From assembly GCA_963770895.1 (NCBI GenBank), contig CAVYRF010000002.1:2240001-2304000 (forward strand): a stretch of 64,000 bases of DNA, written 5' to 3'. The notes under the pieces are model-generated. The model had not been told where the DNA came from. It ran no database searches and saw only the letters and a program-made list of their open reading frames with translations. The stretch comes from an uncultured Acidobacteriota bacterium (lineage in GTDB: Bacteria; Acidobacteriota; Thermoanaerobaculia; Multivoradales; UBA5704). A program made the position numbers and the translations under genes. This document shows positions 22,964 to 32,741 of the stretch, piece by piece (within the stretch, counting starts at the first letter, position 1; every line of letters begins with the position of its first letter).

Positions 22964-24478
22964 ATGCAGCGCACGATGCGAGCAACCCTGCTGGCCGTTA
23001 CGGCCGCCGCCACCATCCTGGTGGGGGTGCCGGCCCAGGCATCCAGCCACCGCGAAGCGCCGGGTATTACCAAGATGCCCAAGGTGGATGGCACCGACTT
23101 TTACATGTTCAACAGCTACGAGGCGGGCCGGCAAGGCTATGTCACGTTCCTTGCCAACTACGTGCCGCTGCAGGATTCGTACGGCGGCCCCAACTTCTTC
23201 ACCCTGGACCCTGACGCGCTGTATCGCATTCACATCGACAACACCGGCACCGGCGTCGAATCGCTCACGTTCGAATTCCGCGTCAACCAGGCGTTCAACA
23301 ACATTTCACTGCCGGTCGGCGGCCAGACGGTTTCGGTGCCGTTCGTCAACGTCGGCCAGATCAGCGCCGGGCCCGGCGGCACCGCCGCGCAAAACGTTCA
23401 GGAAACCTATACGGTCAAGGTGATCACCGGCCCGATCTCCGCCCCGACATCGATCAAGTATGCGACCGATGGCGCCACCGGCTCGACGCGCTTCGTCAAG
23501 CCGATCGACAACATTGGCAACAAGTCGGTCCCCAACTACCACGATTACGCCGCCAGCTTCATCCGCACGATCAACATCCCGGGCTGCTCCAGCGCCGGCC
23601 GCGTCTTTGTCGGCCAGCGTCACGACGGCTTCGCCGTCAACCTGGGCGAAGTGTTCGACCTGGTCAACATCGCCAATCCCCTGGGCGCCCGCGATGCCGA
23701 GCCCAATAGCCTGGTCGACAAGAACGTCACCACCTTTGCGTTGGAGGTGCCGGCGAGCTGCCTGGTCAGCAAGTCCAGCGCGATCATCGGCGCCTGGACC
23801 ACGGCCTGGCTGCCGCGCGACCGCGTGCTGGTGGAAGCCCCTGATTTCCGCGATGCCAACCAGACCGGTCCTTACATTCAGGTGTCGCGCTTGAGCGCGC
23901 CGCTGGTCAACGAGCTGGTCATCGGCCTGGCCGACAAGAACAAGTTCAACGGCAGCTCGCCCAACAACGACGCGCAGTTTGCCACCTACGTCACCAATCC
24001 GACGCTGCCCGCGGTCTTGCAGCTGCTGTTCGGCGCGGCCGGCGTGCAGGCGCCCACCAACTTCCCGCGCACCGACCTGGTGGCGGCGTTCCTGACCGGC
24101 ATCACCGGCCTCAACCAGCTCGGCGGACCGAGCGAGGAGATGCGGCTCAACACCTCGATCCCCGCCACCGCCGCCGCGTCGCAGAACAACCTGGGCGCCT
24201 TGGGCGGCGACAACGCCGGCTTCCCCAACGGCCGTCGCCCCGGTGACGACGTGGTCGACAGCGAGCTGCGGGTCGCCATGGGCGCTCTGTGCGTCGCCTT
24301 CCCCGGCGTCTATTGCAAGCCTGCCGACGCTCCCTCGGGAGCCCTGCCGTTCACCGACGGGACGCTCAACGACGTGAGCCAGTTCGACACCACGTTCCCG
24401 TACTTGACCGACCCGTTCCCGGGCTCTCCGAACGGTCCTTTGGGGCCCAACGGCAACGGGCTGCAGAACCCCAACTAA
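22964..24478 (+). CDS. DUF4331 family secreted protein
   Basis: Signal peptide then 'SSHREAP', 'DGTDFYMF', 'QVSRLSAPLVNE', 'GFPNGRRPGDDVVD', 'FPYL'; GAGGAG RBS. Confidence 0.92.
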   Translation: MQRTMRATLLAVTAAATILVGVPAQASSHREAPGITKMPKVDGTDFYMFNSYEAGRQGYVTFLANYVPLQDSYGGPNFFTLDPDALYRIHIDNTGTGVESLTFEFRVNQAFNNISLPVGGQTVSVPFVNVGQISAGPGGTAAQNVQETYTVKVITGPISAPTSIKYATDGATGSTRFVKPIDNIGNKSVPNYHDYAASFIRTINIPGCSSAGRVFVGQRHDGFAVNLGEVFDLVNIANPLGARDAEPNSLVDKNVTTFALEVPASCLVSKSSAIIGAWTTAWLPRDRVLVEAPDFRDANQTGPYIQVSRLSAPLVNELVIGLADKNKFNGSSPNNDAQFATYVTNPTLPAVLQLLFGAAGVQAPTNFPRTDLVAAFLTGITGLNQLGGPSEEMRLNTSIPATAAASQNNLGALGGDNAGFPNGRRPGDDVVDSELRVAMGALCVAFPGVYCKPADAPSGALPFTDGTLNDVSQFDTTFPYLTDPFPGSPNGPLGPNGNGLQNPN

Positions 24479-24493
24479 AGCGCCGGTCCATCG

Positions 24494-24572
24494 CCTTGCG
24501 CGTATGCTCCAAGTGTGTACGCGCAAGGTTGCAGATTGCCGGGGGCGCGCTTGCGATGAGCGCGCTCCCCGG
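24494..24572. repeat. Two consecutive intergenic hairpins
   Basis: ccttgcgcgta...tacgcgcaagg (perfect 11 bp) and ccgggggcgcgct...agcgcgctccccgg. Confidence 0.55.
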
Positions 24573-24589
24573 CCGCTTCGGGAGATGAG

Positions 24590-25405
24590 ATGAAACGAAC
24601 CGTGACCCGCCTGGCTCTGGGGCTGGCCCTGCTGTCCACCGCCGGCGCCGCGGCCCACGACCTGTGGATCGAGCCTTCTTCCTTTCAGCCCGCTCCTGCC
24701 ACACGCGTCGGGGTGCGCCTGTTCATCGGCCAGCTTTTTCGCGGCGACACCTTTCCGCGCGACCCCCAATACATGCTGCGTTTTGCGGTGATCGGCGGCG
24801 GCGGCGAAACGGCGATTCCGGGCGTTCCCGATACCGATCCGGCCGGCTTCCTGATCGCCGGCAAGCCGGGTCTGTACGAATTGGTCTATACCAGCCGCCA
24901 CGGATCGGTGCAGCTGGAGGGCGAAAAATTCGAAAAGTACCTGGCCGAAGAGGGCCTGGAACCGATCAGTGCGGAGCGCGCGCGGCGCGGCCAGACTCGC
25001 TCAATCGCTAAAGAGATATACTCCCGGTGGGCAAAGTCGTTGATCGTGGTGGGCGGCAACGCCGGCACCGGCTACGACCGGGTGCTGGGACTGAAGCTCG
25101 AGGTGGTTCCCGAGCGCAATCCCTACGCTCTCGCCGCCGGCCAGCAGCTGCCGGTTCGCCTGCTGTACGAAGGTGCGCCGCTTGCCATGGCGAAGGTCGT
25201 GGCGCTGTCGAAGGACGACCCCTCGCGGCAGGTGTCGGCGCGAACCGACAAGCAGGGGCGCGTCCGCCTGACGCTCGATCGGCCCGGTGTGTGGATGGTG
25301 AAGGCGGTGCACATGATCGCGGCGCCCGCAGCTTCCGGCGCCGATTGGGAAAGTTTCTGGGCGTCGATCACCTTCGCGCTGCCGGCGCGGCCCATGCCGG
25401 CGTGA
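24590..25405 (+). CDS. DUF4198 family periplasmic protein (putative Ni/Co-binding)
   Basis: Signal peptide + 'AHDLWIEP', 'FEKYLAEEGL', 'LEVVPERNPY', 'GVWMVKAVHM', 'DWESFWASITF'. Confidence 0.88.
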   Translation: MKRTVTRLALGLALLSTAGAAAHDLWIEPSSFQPAPATRVGVRLFIGQLFRGDTFPRDPQYMLRFAVIGGGGETAIPGVPDTDPAGFLIAGKPGLYELVYTSRHGSVQLEGEKFEKYLAEEGLEPISAERARRGQTRSIAKEIYSRWAKSLIVVGGNAGTGYDRVLGLKLEVVPERNPYALAAGQQLPVRLLYEGAPLAMAKVVALSKDDPSRQVSARTDKQGRVRLTLDRPGVWMVKAVHMIAAPAASGADWESFWASITFALPARPMPA

Positions 25406-25532
25406 TGCCTGTGGGCTGCGCACCGGCGCGCGTGGTGCGGCGGCAGCGCTCGGCAAGACGCCAGGCTTTGGGATGCGGCAGTTGCATTTTGTTTCAGGTG
25501 CAGCCAAGCTTGCAGTGATGGAGGCGTGAGAT

Positions 25533-26132
25533 TTGAAGCTTCCGAAAGAACCGGTGAAAGGCGACGCGGCCGAGGTCGAGGCGCAGGAGCGCGAAGAATC
25601 CTACCTGATCGGTAGGATCAGCGCCGGCGATCCGGACGCCTTTGCGCGGTTTTTCGATCGCCATTCGCAGGCTGTGCTCGGTCTGCTCTTCCGCGTTCTC
25701 GGCGCTCGCGGCGAAGCCGAAGAGGTATTGCAGGAAGTTTTCCTGCAAGTCTGGCGACAGGCCGACCGCTATCAACCGGACCGCTCGACTCCACGTGGAT
25801 GGGTGCTGATGTTGGCGCGCTCGCGGGCGCTCGACCGTCTGCGCCGGCGGGAAGCGCGCTCGCGGCGCGAACAGGAAGCGGCCGCCGAAGCGTCGTTCCC
25901 GCGCGTGGTGACGCCGACCGGCACGGATCGTCTCGAATCAGTCGAACGCAGTCATCAAATCAGCTCGGCACTTAATCTGTTGTCGCCCGAGCAACGTAAA
26001 TGTATTGAGCTGGCGTTCTTCGAAGGTCTGACCCACATACAGATCGCCGCGCGATTGGAAGCGCCGTTAGGTACGGTGAAGTCCCGAATTTTGTTGGGCA
26101 TGAATAAACTGAGACAAGCGCTGAGCACTTAG
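25533..26132 (+). CDS. ECF sigma-70 factor, SigK-like
   Basis: 'AEEVLQEVFLQVWRQADRY', 'ARSRALDRLR', 'IELAFFEGLTHIQIAARLEAPLGTVKSRI'. Confidence 0.93.
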   Translation: MKLPKEPVKGDAAEVEAQEREESYLIGRISAGDPDAFARFFDRHSQAVLGLLFRVLGARGEAEEVLQEVFLQVWRQADRYQPDRSTPRGWVLMLARSRALDRLRRREARSRREQEAAAEASFPRVVTPTGTDRLESVERSHQISSALNLLSPEQRKCIELAFFEGLTHIQIAARLEAPLGTVKSRILLGMNKLRQALST

Positions 26133-26138
26133 AAACCA

Positions 26139-27314
26139 ATGGCCGCCAACCACACTCCCCGCCACGATGAGCTGCTGCCGGCGTACGCGCTGGGCGCTCT
26201 GGATGGGGACGATCTGCGCGAGCTCGAAGCTCACCTGTTTGCTGGTGGCTCGGCGTCTGCGGCGACGGCGGCAACAGCGGTCATCGCCTGTCCTGTTTGC
26301 CGCGCTGAGCTGCGGCAGCTTGCCAGCGACCTGGAGGGGCTTGCTCTGTTGGCCGCGTGGCCGCTTGCCGGCTCGACGCCGGCGGACACGCGGCAACCGG
26401 GTGCGGCGCTGGCGGCGCCAGCTGCGCCGGTCGCGCCAACGACGCAAGTGACGCCGGCAGCGGCGGTGACCGCGACGGCTCCGGCGGCTTCGGCGGTGCC
26501 AGCTCCGGCGGTCCCGCTGGCTTCCGACCTTGCCGCCACTCCCGCCACTCCCTCCACTCCCTCCACTCCCGCCACTCCCGCCACTCCCGCCACTCCCGCC
26601 AATACCACCATGGGTCCGGTGCCGTCCGCCGGCGATCTGGCCGCTTCGCTGGGCGATCTGCGCAGCCGGCTCCTGGCCCAGGTTGCCGCCGAGCCGCGGC
26701 CGCTCTCCTTTGCTTCGGCCGCGGGTCGGCGGCAGCAGCCCGCAGCCGCGGCGGCGCGGCCGGCGGGCCGTTCCGGCGCGATGCGCTTCCTGCAGGTTGC
26801 CGCCGGCGTGCTGTTGGTGGTCGGCACCTGGGGCATCGTGCGCCAGGCCAACATGGGTTCCGAGATCGAGCGCCTGCGCGGCGAGCGCGATCAGCTGGCC
26901 GTGCGCGCCTCGGCCCTGCAGCAGCGGATGGCCCAGGTGCAGGCGGAATCCGAGCGCCTGGCCAGCAGCATCTCGATCGTCACCGCGCCGGGCGTGCAGC
27001 AGGTCAGCCTGTCCGGCATGGGGACGGCGCAAAAAGCCACCGGCCGCACCTTTGTCAGCGAAGCCGAACACAAGGCGGTCTTCTATGCCTACCACCTGCC
27101 TCCCCTGGCAGCCAACAAGTCGTACCAGCTGTGGGTGATCGACAACGACGAACGGAAAATCTCCGTCGGCGTCATGCAGGTCGATCCCCGCGGCGAGGGC
27201 AGCGTCGTGGTCGACAAGCTGCTGCCCGTCGACAACATCCAGGGGTGGGTGGTGACCGTCGAGCCGCGCGGCGGCGTGCCGCAACCCACCGGCCCCATCG
27301 CCCTGGCAGGCTAA
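26139..27314 (+). CDS. Anti-sigma-K factor (RskA family)
   Basis: 'ELLPAYALGALD', single TM, coiled coil, 'LPPLAANKSYQLW', 'VTVEPRGGVPQPTGPI'. Confidence 0.9.
   Translation: MAANHTPRHDELLPAYALGALDGDDLRELEAHLFAGGSASAATAATAVIACPVCRAELRQLASDLEGLALLAAWPLAGSTPADTRQPGAALAAPAAPVAPTTQVTPAAAVTATAPAASAVPAPAVPLASDLAATPATPSTPSTPATPATPATPANTTMGPVPSAGDLAASLGDLRSRLLAQVAAEPRPLSFASAAGRRQQPAAAAARPAGRSGAMRFLQVAAGVLLVVGTWGIVRQANMGSEIERLRGERDQLAVRASALQQRMAQVQAESERLASSISIVTAPGVQQVSLSGMGTAQKATGRTFVSEAEHKAVFYAYHLPPLAANKSYQLWVIDNDERKISVGVMQVDPRGEGSVVVDKLLPVDNIQGWVVTVEPRGGVPQPTGPIALAG
26535..26597 (+). repeat. 9-bp tandem repeat x7 ((G/T)CCACTCCC), in frame as (A/S)TP
   Basis: gccactccc x2, tccactccc x2, gccactccc x3. 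Confidence 0.95.
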
Positions 27315-27323
27315 CCTCACGGT

Positions 27324-27386
27324 GCAACGTCGCCCCCGCCGTCGAGGGCAAGCCAGGCGCTTTCGATGCGAACAGGACAGGCCACT
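27324..27386 (+). repeat. Fragment (right half) of the palindromic element at 58310-58478
   Basis: gcccccgccgtcgagggcaagccaggcgct (30 bp) identical at 58419-58448; both copies end in acaggccact. Confidence 0.85.
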
Positions 27387-27485
27387 GTGTCCCGGTCGGT
27401 TCATTCGCATACTATTCGGCTGTCTTCCGGTCCCTGGCTGTGTAACGACCTGCCGGAAGAGCCGGGACAGGCGATAGCCCCGGCC

Positions 27486-27531
27486 GCCTCCTCGGCATAG
27501 GTTGCGAGGATGCCTGCGTTGGCGCGCCTTG
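27486..27531 (-). repeat. Inverted fragment (core) of the same element
   Basis: Reverse complement aggcgcgccaacgcaggcatcctcgcaacctatgccgaggaggc matches 58368-58410 aggcgcgccgacgcaggcatagtcgaacctatgtcgaggaggc. Confidence 0.85.
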
Positions 27532-27544
27532 CCAGAGGACTGGA

Positions 27545-28681
27545 TTGCAGCGCGACGACCATGCGAATTCATCGACCGGACCACCAGTGACCTCCGGGGC
27601 GCGGCCGCCGGACCCTCCGCATCCGGGGAGCGCCTGGATCCCACCGGAGACCCCTTCTTCGTCGCCTTTACAGGCCTGGCCGTCGGCGCCGCCGTCCCTG
27701 CCGCCTCTGATTGCGGGGTTGCGGGCGCGCGCGCAGGGTTCGCTGGCAACCATCGCCCTGGCGGAGGGTGGCGATCCTCGGGTTGTCGCGGCGGCTGAGC
27801 GCGCGGCGGCGCTTGGCGTGTGCCGTCCCTGCCTGATCGGCACGCGGGAGGTGGCGGCGCGCGCCGCGGCGGCGGCCGGGGTCGCCCTGACGGTGCCGGT
27901 CGTGGCGCCCGTGCCGGACGCTGCCGAGCTGGAGTTCCTCAATCGGCGGCTGGCCCGCTTCTCGGTCGACCCGGCGTCGTATGCGCGCCTGGGGGCCGAC
28001 CCCTTGTACTATGCCGCCATGCTGGTCGCCATGGGGAAGCTGGACGGGGCGGTGATGGGCGCCGAAGTGACCACCGCGGAAACGCTGCGCGCGGCGCTGC
28101 GGGTGGTGGGGCCGCGGCCGGGTTTGCGGCTGGTGTCGTCATGCTTCCTGATGGCGCTGCCGGACGGCCGCTCCCTGGTGTACAGCGACTGCGCGGTGGT
28201 GCCGGACCCGACGCCCGAGCAGCTGGCGGACATCGCCCAAGCTGCCGCGGCCAGCTGCCGCGCGCTGCTCGGGGTGCCGCCGCGGGTGGCGCTGCTGTCG
28301 TTTTCGACGCACGGCAGCGCCCACCACCCGCGGGTCGAAAAGGTGCGGCGGGCGCTGGCGGTGCTGGCCGAGCGCCAGGTCGACTTCGCGGTGGACGGCG
28401 AGCTGCAGGCGGACGCCGCCCTGGTGCCGGAGGTTGCCGCCCGCAAGGCGCCGGGCAGCGCCGTGGCGGGCAACGCCAACGTCCTTGTCTTCCCGGACCT
28501 CGACTCGGGCAACATCTCTTATAAGCTGACCGAGCGGCTGGCCGGGGCGCGGGCGGTGGGGCCCTTGCTGCAGGGCCTCGACCGGCCCATTCACGACCTG
28601 TCGCGAGGCGCTTCGGTGGAGGACATCGTGGACGTGATGGCGGTGGCGGCGATCATGGCGCAAGACCGGAAGGCGGAATGA
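27545..28681 (+). CDS. pta: Phosphate acetyltransferase (short PTA_PTB type)
   Basis: 'EGGDPRV', 'VSSCFLM', 'DCAVVPDPT', '[12 protein letters not shown]', 'DGELQADAA', '[16 protein letters not shown]', 'DLSRG'; true start may be downstream. Confidence 0.92.
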   Translation: MQRDDHANSSTGPPVTSGARPPDPPHPGSAWIPPETPSSSPLQAWPSAPPSLPPLIAGLRARAQGSLATIALAEGGDPRVVAAAERAAALGVCRPCLIGTREVAARAAAAAGVALTVPVVAPVPDAAELEFLNRRLARFSVDPASYARLGADPLYYAAMLVAMGKLDGAVMGAEVTTAETLRAALRVVGPRPGLRLVSSCFLMALPDGRSLVYSDCAVVPDPTPEQLADIAQAAAASCRALLGVPPRVALLSFSTHGSAHHPRVEKVRRALAVLAERQVDFAVDGELQADAALVPEVAARKAPGSAVAGNANVLVFPDLDSGNISYKLTERLAGARAVGPLLQGLDRPIHDLSRGASVEDIVDVMAVAAIMAQDRKAE

Positions 28682-28721
28682 CGGTGCTGTCGAAAGAGCG
28701 GCAGGCGGAATGACGGTGCTG
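28671..28721 (+). repeat. 19-bp direct repeat spanning the pta stop
   Basis: aggcggaatgacggtgctg at 28671-28689 and 28703-28721. Confidence 0.85.
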
Positions 28722-28741
28722 CCGGCAGGACGGAGGCCGGG

Positions 28742-30028
28742 ATGAAGGTGCTGGTGGTGGGGGCGGGCGCCCGCGAGCACGCACTGTGCTGGAAGCTGCG
28801 GCAGAGCCCGCTGCTCAAGGACCTGTACTGTGCTCCGGGCAACCCCGGCATCGCGCAGCTGGCGGACCTGGTGCCGGTGGCGGCGGAGGAGGTGCACCGC
28901 CTGGCCGATTTTGCATCGGAGCTGCGCATCGACCTGACCGTCGTCGGGCCCGAGCTGCCGCTGACGCTCGGCATCGCCGACGAGTTTTCCGGCCGCGGGC
29001 TGCCGATCTTCGCGCCGACCCAGCGGGCGGCTGAGATCGAGGGCAGCAAGGTGTTCGCCAAACAGTTCATGGAGCGCCACGGCCTGCCCACCGCGGCCTT
29101 CCAGGTGGCGCACACCGCGGTGGCGGCCCGCACCGCGGCGGCCGACTTCGGCTGGCCGGTGGTGCTGAAAGCCGATGGGCTGGCCGGCGGCAAAGGGGTG
29201 ACGATCGCCGCCGACCAGGCGGAGCTGGATGCGGCGCTGCGAGCGATCTTCGAGGAGCGCCGTTTTGGCGCCGGCGGCGATCGCGTGGTGGTCGAGCAGT
29301 TCCTGATCGGCGAAGAGGTCTCGTTCATGGCGCTGTGCGACGGCACCCGCCTGCTGCCGCTCGCTGTTGCCAAGGATTACAAGCGCCTGGGGGACGGCGA
29401 CAGCGGCCCCAACACCGGCGGCATGGGGAGCCACAGTCCCGGCGGCCTGCCGTCGGGAGAGGCCGCGGCGGACATCGTCGAAACCGTCATGCGCACCACG
29501 ATCAGCAGCCTGGCCGACGAAGGGCGCCCCTTTGTCGGCGTGCTGTACGCCGGCATGATCCTCACCGACGACGGCCCCAAGGTGCTGGAGTTCAACGCCC
29601 GGTTTGGCGATCCCGAGGCGCAGGTGCTGCTGCTGCGGCTGGAGGACGACCTGCTGCCGATCCTCGCCGCGGCCGCCGCCGGCGACTTCGACCAGTTTCG
29701 CCGCCTGCATTTCCGCAAGGAGGCCGCGGCCTGCATCGTCCTGGCCAGCCAGGGCTACCCCGGCCGCCCGGTGAGCGGCGAACCGCTGCTCGGCCTGGAG
29801 CGCGCCGCGGAGCTGGGAGCCGAAGTCTTCCACGGCGCCACCCGCAGCGGCCCGCGCGGCGAGCTGCTGAGCGCCGGCGGCAGGGTGCTGTCGGTCTGCG
29901 CCCTGGCGCCCGACCTGCTGGACGCCCTGCGCCGGGCCTACACCGCGGCCGCGGAAATCCACTGGCCGGCCAAAGTCTTCCGCCGCGACATCGGCCGCCG
30001 CGTCCTCGACCTGCCTGCGGCCTCGTAG
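28742..30028 (+). CDS. purD: Phosphoribosylamine-glycine ligase
   Basis: 'GAGAREHAL', 'APGNPG', 'VVGPE', 'KADGLAGGKGV', 'GPNTGGMG', 'EFNARFGDPE'; GGAGG RBS. Confidence 0.98.
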   Translation: MKVLVVGAGAREHALCWKLRQSPLLKDLYCAPGNPGIAQLADLVPVAAEEVHRLADFASELRIDLTVVGPELPLTLGIADEFSGRGLPIFAPTQRAAEIEGSKVFAKQFMERHGLPTAAFQVAHTAVAARTAAADFGWPVVLKADGLAGGKGVTIAADQAELDAALRAIFEERRFGAGGDRVVVEQFLIGEEVSFMALCDGTRLLPLAVAKDYKRLGDGDSGPNTGGMGSHSPGGLPSGEAAADIVETVMRTTISSLADEGRPFVGVLYAGMILTDDGPKVLEFNARFGDPEAQVLLLRLEDDLLPILAAAAAGDFDQFRRLHFRKEAAACIVLASQGYPGRPVSGEPLLGLERAAELGAEVFHGATRSGPRGELLSAGGRVLSVCALAPDLLDALRRAYTAAAEIHWPAKVFRRDIGRRVLDLPAAS

Positions 30029-30328
30029 CCCGAGTCAGCCGTCCGGGCGAATCGCTCAGCCGCCTGGCCGGCTGGAGCCGGCGGAGCCGCCGCTACCTGT
30101 GGCAATCCGGTTCGACGGGTTCCGCGAAGCAAGGGCGGCGCGCCTGGCAAGGTCGGTCGTGGGAAAAAAAGAAACACCTGGGGGGTGCTGTGGGCGGTTG
30201 TGTCTTGTGCCCCGCGGTGGGCGGGTCGGGGCCGGCAGGTGCGGGGGTGGGGGCGTGATAACGTTTGGCTTGGTACTCATCCTGCATAGGCAGCTTTTGC
30301 CGTTATGGATGGAATGGACTAGCCAACT

Positions 30329-31105
30329 ATGGGTGGATGCACAGGTTGCGCGTTCAAGGGGATGTCGACGGCGGTGGAGGACACCTACGTCGGGGTCCGC
30401 TTTCGCGAGGAAACCAACGTCACGCTGTGCGCTACTGCCGGCCAGATCTACGGTTTTGGCGATCAGGTGGTGGTCGAGCTGGAATCGGGGCCGACGCTGG
30501 GGCGGGTGGAGCGATCGCCGATGCCGGTCTTCAAGCCGTGCCAGAAGTCGAGCGCGCGGCCGATCCTGCGGTTGGCGGATGATGCCGATACGGCAGCTCA
30601 CGACCGCCAGCGGCAGAACGAGATGTCGGCCAAGCTGTTCGCGCAGGAGCGCGCGCGGGGCCTGGCGCTCGACATGAAGGTGTCGCTGGTGGAGTTTTCG
30701 CTGAGCGGCAAGAAGGCGACGATCTACTTCACCTCGGACGGCAGGGTGGATTTCCGCCAGCTGGTGCGCGACCTCTCCAGCCGTTTCGCGGTGCGCATCA
30801 AGATGGTGCAGGTCGGCGCGCGCGACGAAGCGGGGCTGGTGGGGGGGGTCGGGGTGTGCGGCCGCACCCTGTGCTGCTCGACGTGGCTCAAGGACTTCCG
30901 CCCGATCTCCATCCAGATGGCGAAGCGGCAGAACCTGTCGCTCAACCCCTCCAAGATCTCGGGCCAGTGCGGGCGCCTGCTGTGCTGCCTGGCCTACGAA
31001 GACGATCAGTACAAGACCAGAGACCCCGAAGGCAGCGCGCCGGATTCACCGGCCCGCTCGGGACCGGCGCGGCAACTGCCAACGATTCCGCCAGAGGTTG
31101 GATAA
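30329..31105 (+). CDS. ricT: PSP1 domain protein, RicT/YaaT family
   Basis: 'YFTSDGRVDFRQLVRDL', 'GARDEA', 'GVGVCGRTLCC', 'SIQMAKRQNLSLNPSKISGQCGRLLCCLAYE'. Confidence 0.92.
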   Translation: MGGCTGCAFKGMSTAVEDTYVGVRFREETNVTLCATAGQIYGFGDQVVVELESGPTLGRVERSPMPVFKPCQKSSARPILRLADDADTAAHDRQRQNEMSAKLFAQERARGLALDMKVSLVEFSLSGKKATIYFTSDGRVDFRQLVRDLSSRFAVRIKMVQVGARDEAGLVGGVGVCGRTLCCSTWLKDFRPISIQMAKRQNLSLNPSKISGQCGRLLCCLAYEDDQYKTRDPEGSAPDSPARSGPARQLPTIPPEVG

Positions 31106-31120
31106 AGATTGAAAGCTGAC

Positions 31121-31456
31121 ATGCCCAACCGCAAACTGATTCGTCCAGACATGAACGAGCTCAAGAAAGACTTCCCTTCGCGCAGCCTCCGCCGCAAGCA
31201 GACGCCGCCGGAGCAGACCAATGCCGAGGAGTTCTACTACCTCAAGCAGATGGCGGCCAAGACGCCGATGGTGCTGGTGTTGACCGACGGCGAAGAGCTG
31301 CGCGGCTGGATCGAGTGGTACGACAAGGGATCGCTGAAGCTGAACCGGAGTGAGGGTCCCAACCTGCTGATCCAGAAGCACAGCATCCGCTACCTGTTCA
31401 AGGAGGAGGAGCTCCGGCGCCGGGCGCGCCGCGCCGGCGAGCCCTCCGAATCTTGA
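31121..31456 (+). CDS. Hfq-like (Sm/LSm fold) RNA chaperone
   Basis: Sm1 '[22 protein letters not shown]', Sm2 '[10 protein letters not shown]' (compare Hfq YKHAIST); basic N-terminal extension. Confidence 0.75.
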   Translation: MPNRKLIRPDMNELKKDFPSRSLRRKQTPPEQTNAEEFYYLKQMAAKTPMVLVLTDGEELRGWIEWYDKGSLKLNRSEGPNLLIQKHSIRYLFKEEELRRRARRAGEPSES

Positions 31457-32643
31457 ACGGGGCTCCCCGCCGGCCGCACCGACTGGCGCTGACTCAGGGT
31501 GACCCCGCCGGGATCGGGCCGGAAATCCTCCTCAAGCTGCTGTCGTCGCCCCCTGCGGTGGTCGCGGGGGGCGGCGCGGTGGCAGGCGTGGATGGCGCCG
31601 GCGCTGGGCCAGGCGGCGCCGGCGGTGACGTCGCGCGGGCTGGCGCTGCCGGCGGCGACGTTGCAAGGAATGGCGCTGCCGGTGGCGCGGGGCAGGCCGC
31701 CTGGCTGCCGCTGGTGGTTGCCGAGCGGGCGGCGCTCGAGGCGCTGCGCGGGTCGCTGCCGCAGGCTCCCTGGGAGCGGCTGCACTACCTTGCCGGGATG
31801 CCGGCAGCGGCGGACCTGGACGACCTGCCGGCCGGGGTGATCCCGGTGCTGGATCCGGTGGGGGACAGCCGTCAGGTGGGGCTCGGCACCTCGGGGCCGG
31901 CCGATGCGGCGGGTGCCATGGCGGCGCTCGATGCCGGCATCGCGGCGGTGCGCGCCGGGGTGGCCGACGCGCTGGTCACCGCGCCGGTGAGCAAGGAATC
32001 GATCGCCCGCCACCTGCTGCCGGACTTCCGCGGGCATACCGACTACCTGGCCGAAACCTGCGGCTTGGAGCGCTACGGCCGGGACTACCTGATGGCGTTC
32101 CTGGCCCCTGACCTGCAGGTCGCGCTGCTCACCGTCCACCTGCCGATGACGCGCGCCCTGGCGGCGATCGAACCGCGGGCGCTCGACGACGCGCTGGCCT
32201 GCCTGGACCGCCACGCCGGCGGCCGCATCGCGCTGGCGGGGCTCAATCCGCACGCCGGGGAAGGGGGCCTGCTCGGCCATGAGGACCTGCGGCTGCTGGC
32301 GCCGGCGGTCGATCGCGCGCGGCGGCGGGGCGCCGACGTGCGCGGGCCCGAAAGCGCCGACTCGCTGTTTGCGCGCGCCCGCCGCGGCGAATTCGACTGG
32401 GTGCTGGCGCTGTATCACGACCAGGGGCTGATCGCGGTCAAGACCGCCGCCTTCGGCCAGGCCACCAACTGGACGCTGGGGCTGCCCTTCCTGCGCACCT
32501 CGGTCGATCACGGCACCGCCTTCCACCTGGCGGGCCGCGGCCTGGCGGATGCCGCGCCGCTGGCCGCGGTGGTCGAAACCACCCTGCGCCTGGCGGCGGG
32601 CGAGCTGCCGCGGCGGTCCGCGGCGCCAGCCTCAGGCCACTAG
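31453..32643 (+). CDS. pdxA: 4-hydroxythreonine-4-phosphate dehydrogenase (PdxA family)
   Basis: '[10 protein letters not shown]', 'TAPVSK', 'GHTDYLA', 'GLNPHAGE', 'YHDQGL', '[10 protein letters not shown]'. Confidence 0.93.
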   Translation: MNGAPRRPHRLALTQGDPAGIGPEILLKLLSSPPAVVAGGGAVAGVDGAGAGPGGAGGDVARAGAAGGDVARNGAAGGAGQAAWLPLVVAERAALEALRGSLPQAPWERLHYLAGMPAAADLDDLPAGVIPVLDPVGDSRQVGLGTSGPADAAGAMAALDAGIAAVRAGVADALVTAPVSKESIARHLLPDFRGHTDYLAETCGLERYGRDYLMAFLAPDLQVALLTVHLPMTRALAAIEPRALDDALACLDRHAGGRIALAGLNPHAGEGGLLGHEDLRLLAPAVDRARRRGADVRGPESADSLFARARRGEFDWVLALYHDQGLIAVKTAAFGQATNWTLGLPFLRTSVDHGTAFHLAGRGLADAAPLAAVVETTLRLAAGELPRRSAAPASGH

Positions 32644-32741
32644 ACCACCAAGGCGCGGCTGAGCCGCATGGGCGCAGCGCCGATCGGCGCCGGCAGCCAG
32701 GTGTGCCGCGTCGGGTCCAGCGGATTTTGGGGTTTGGGCCG

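Noticed and set aside
26535-26597. Short repeats as a CRISPR array (also 2399, 28671, 46749)
   Set aside because: Head-to-tail tandem units or only two copies; no repeat-spacer series and no cas genes.
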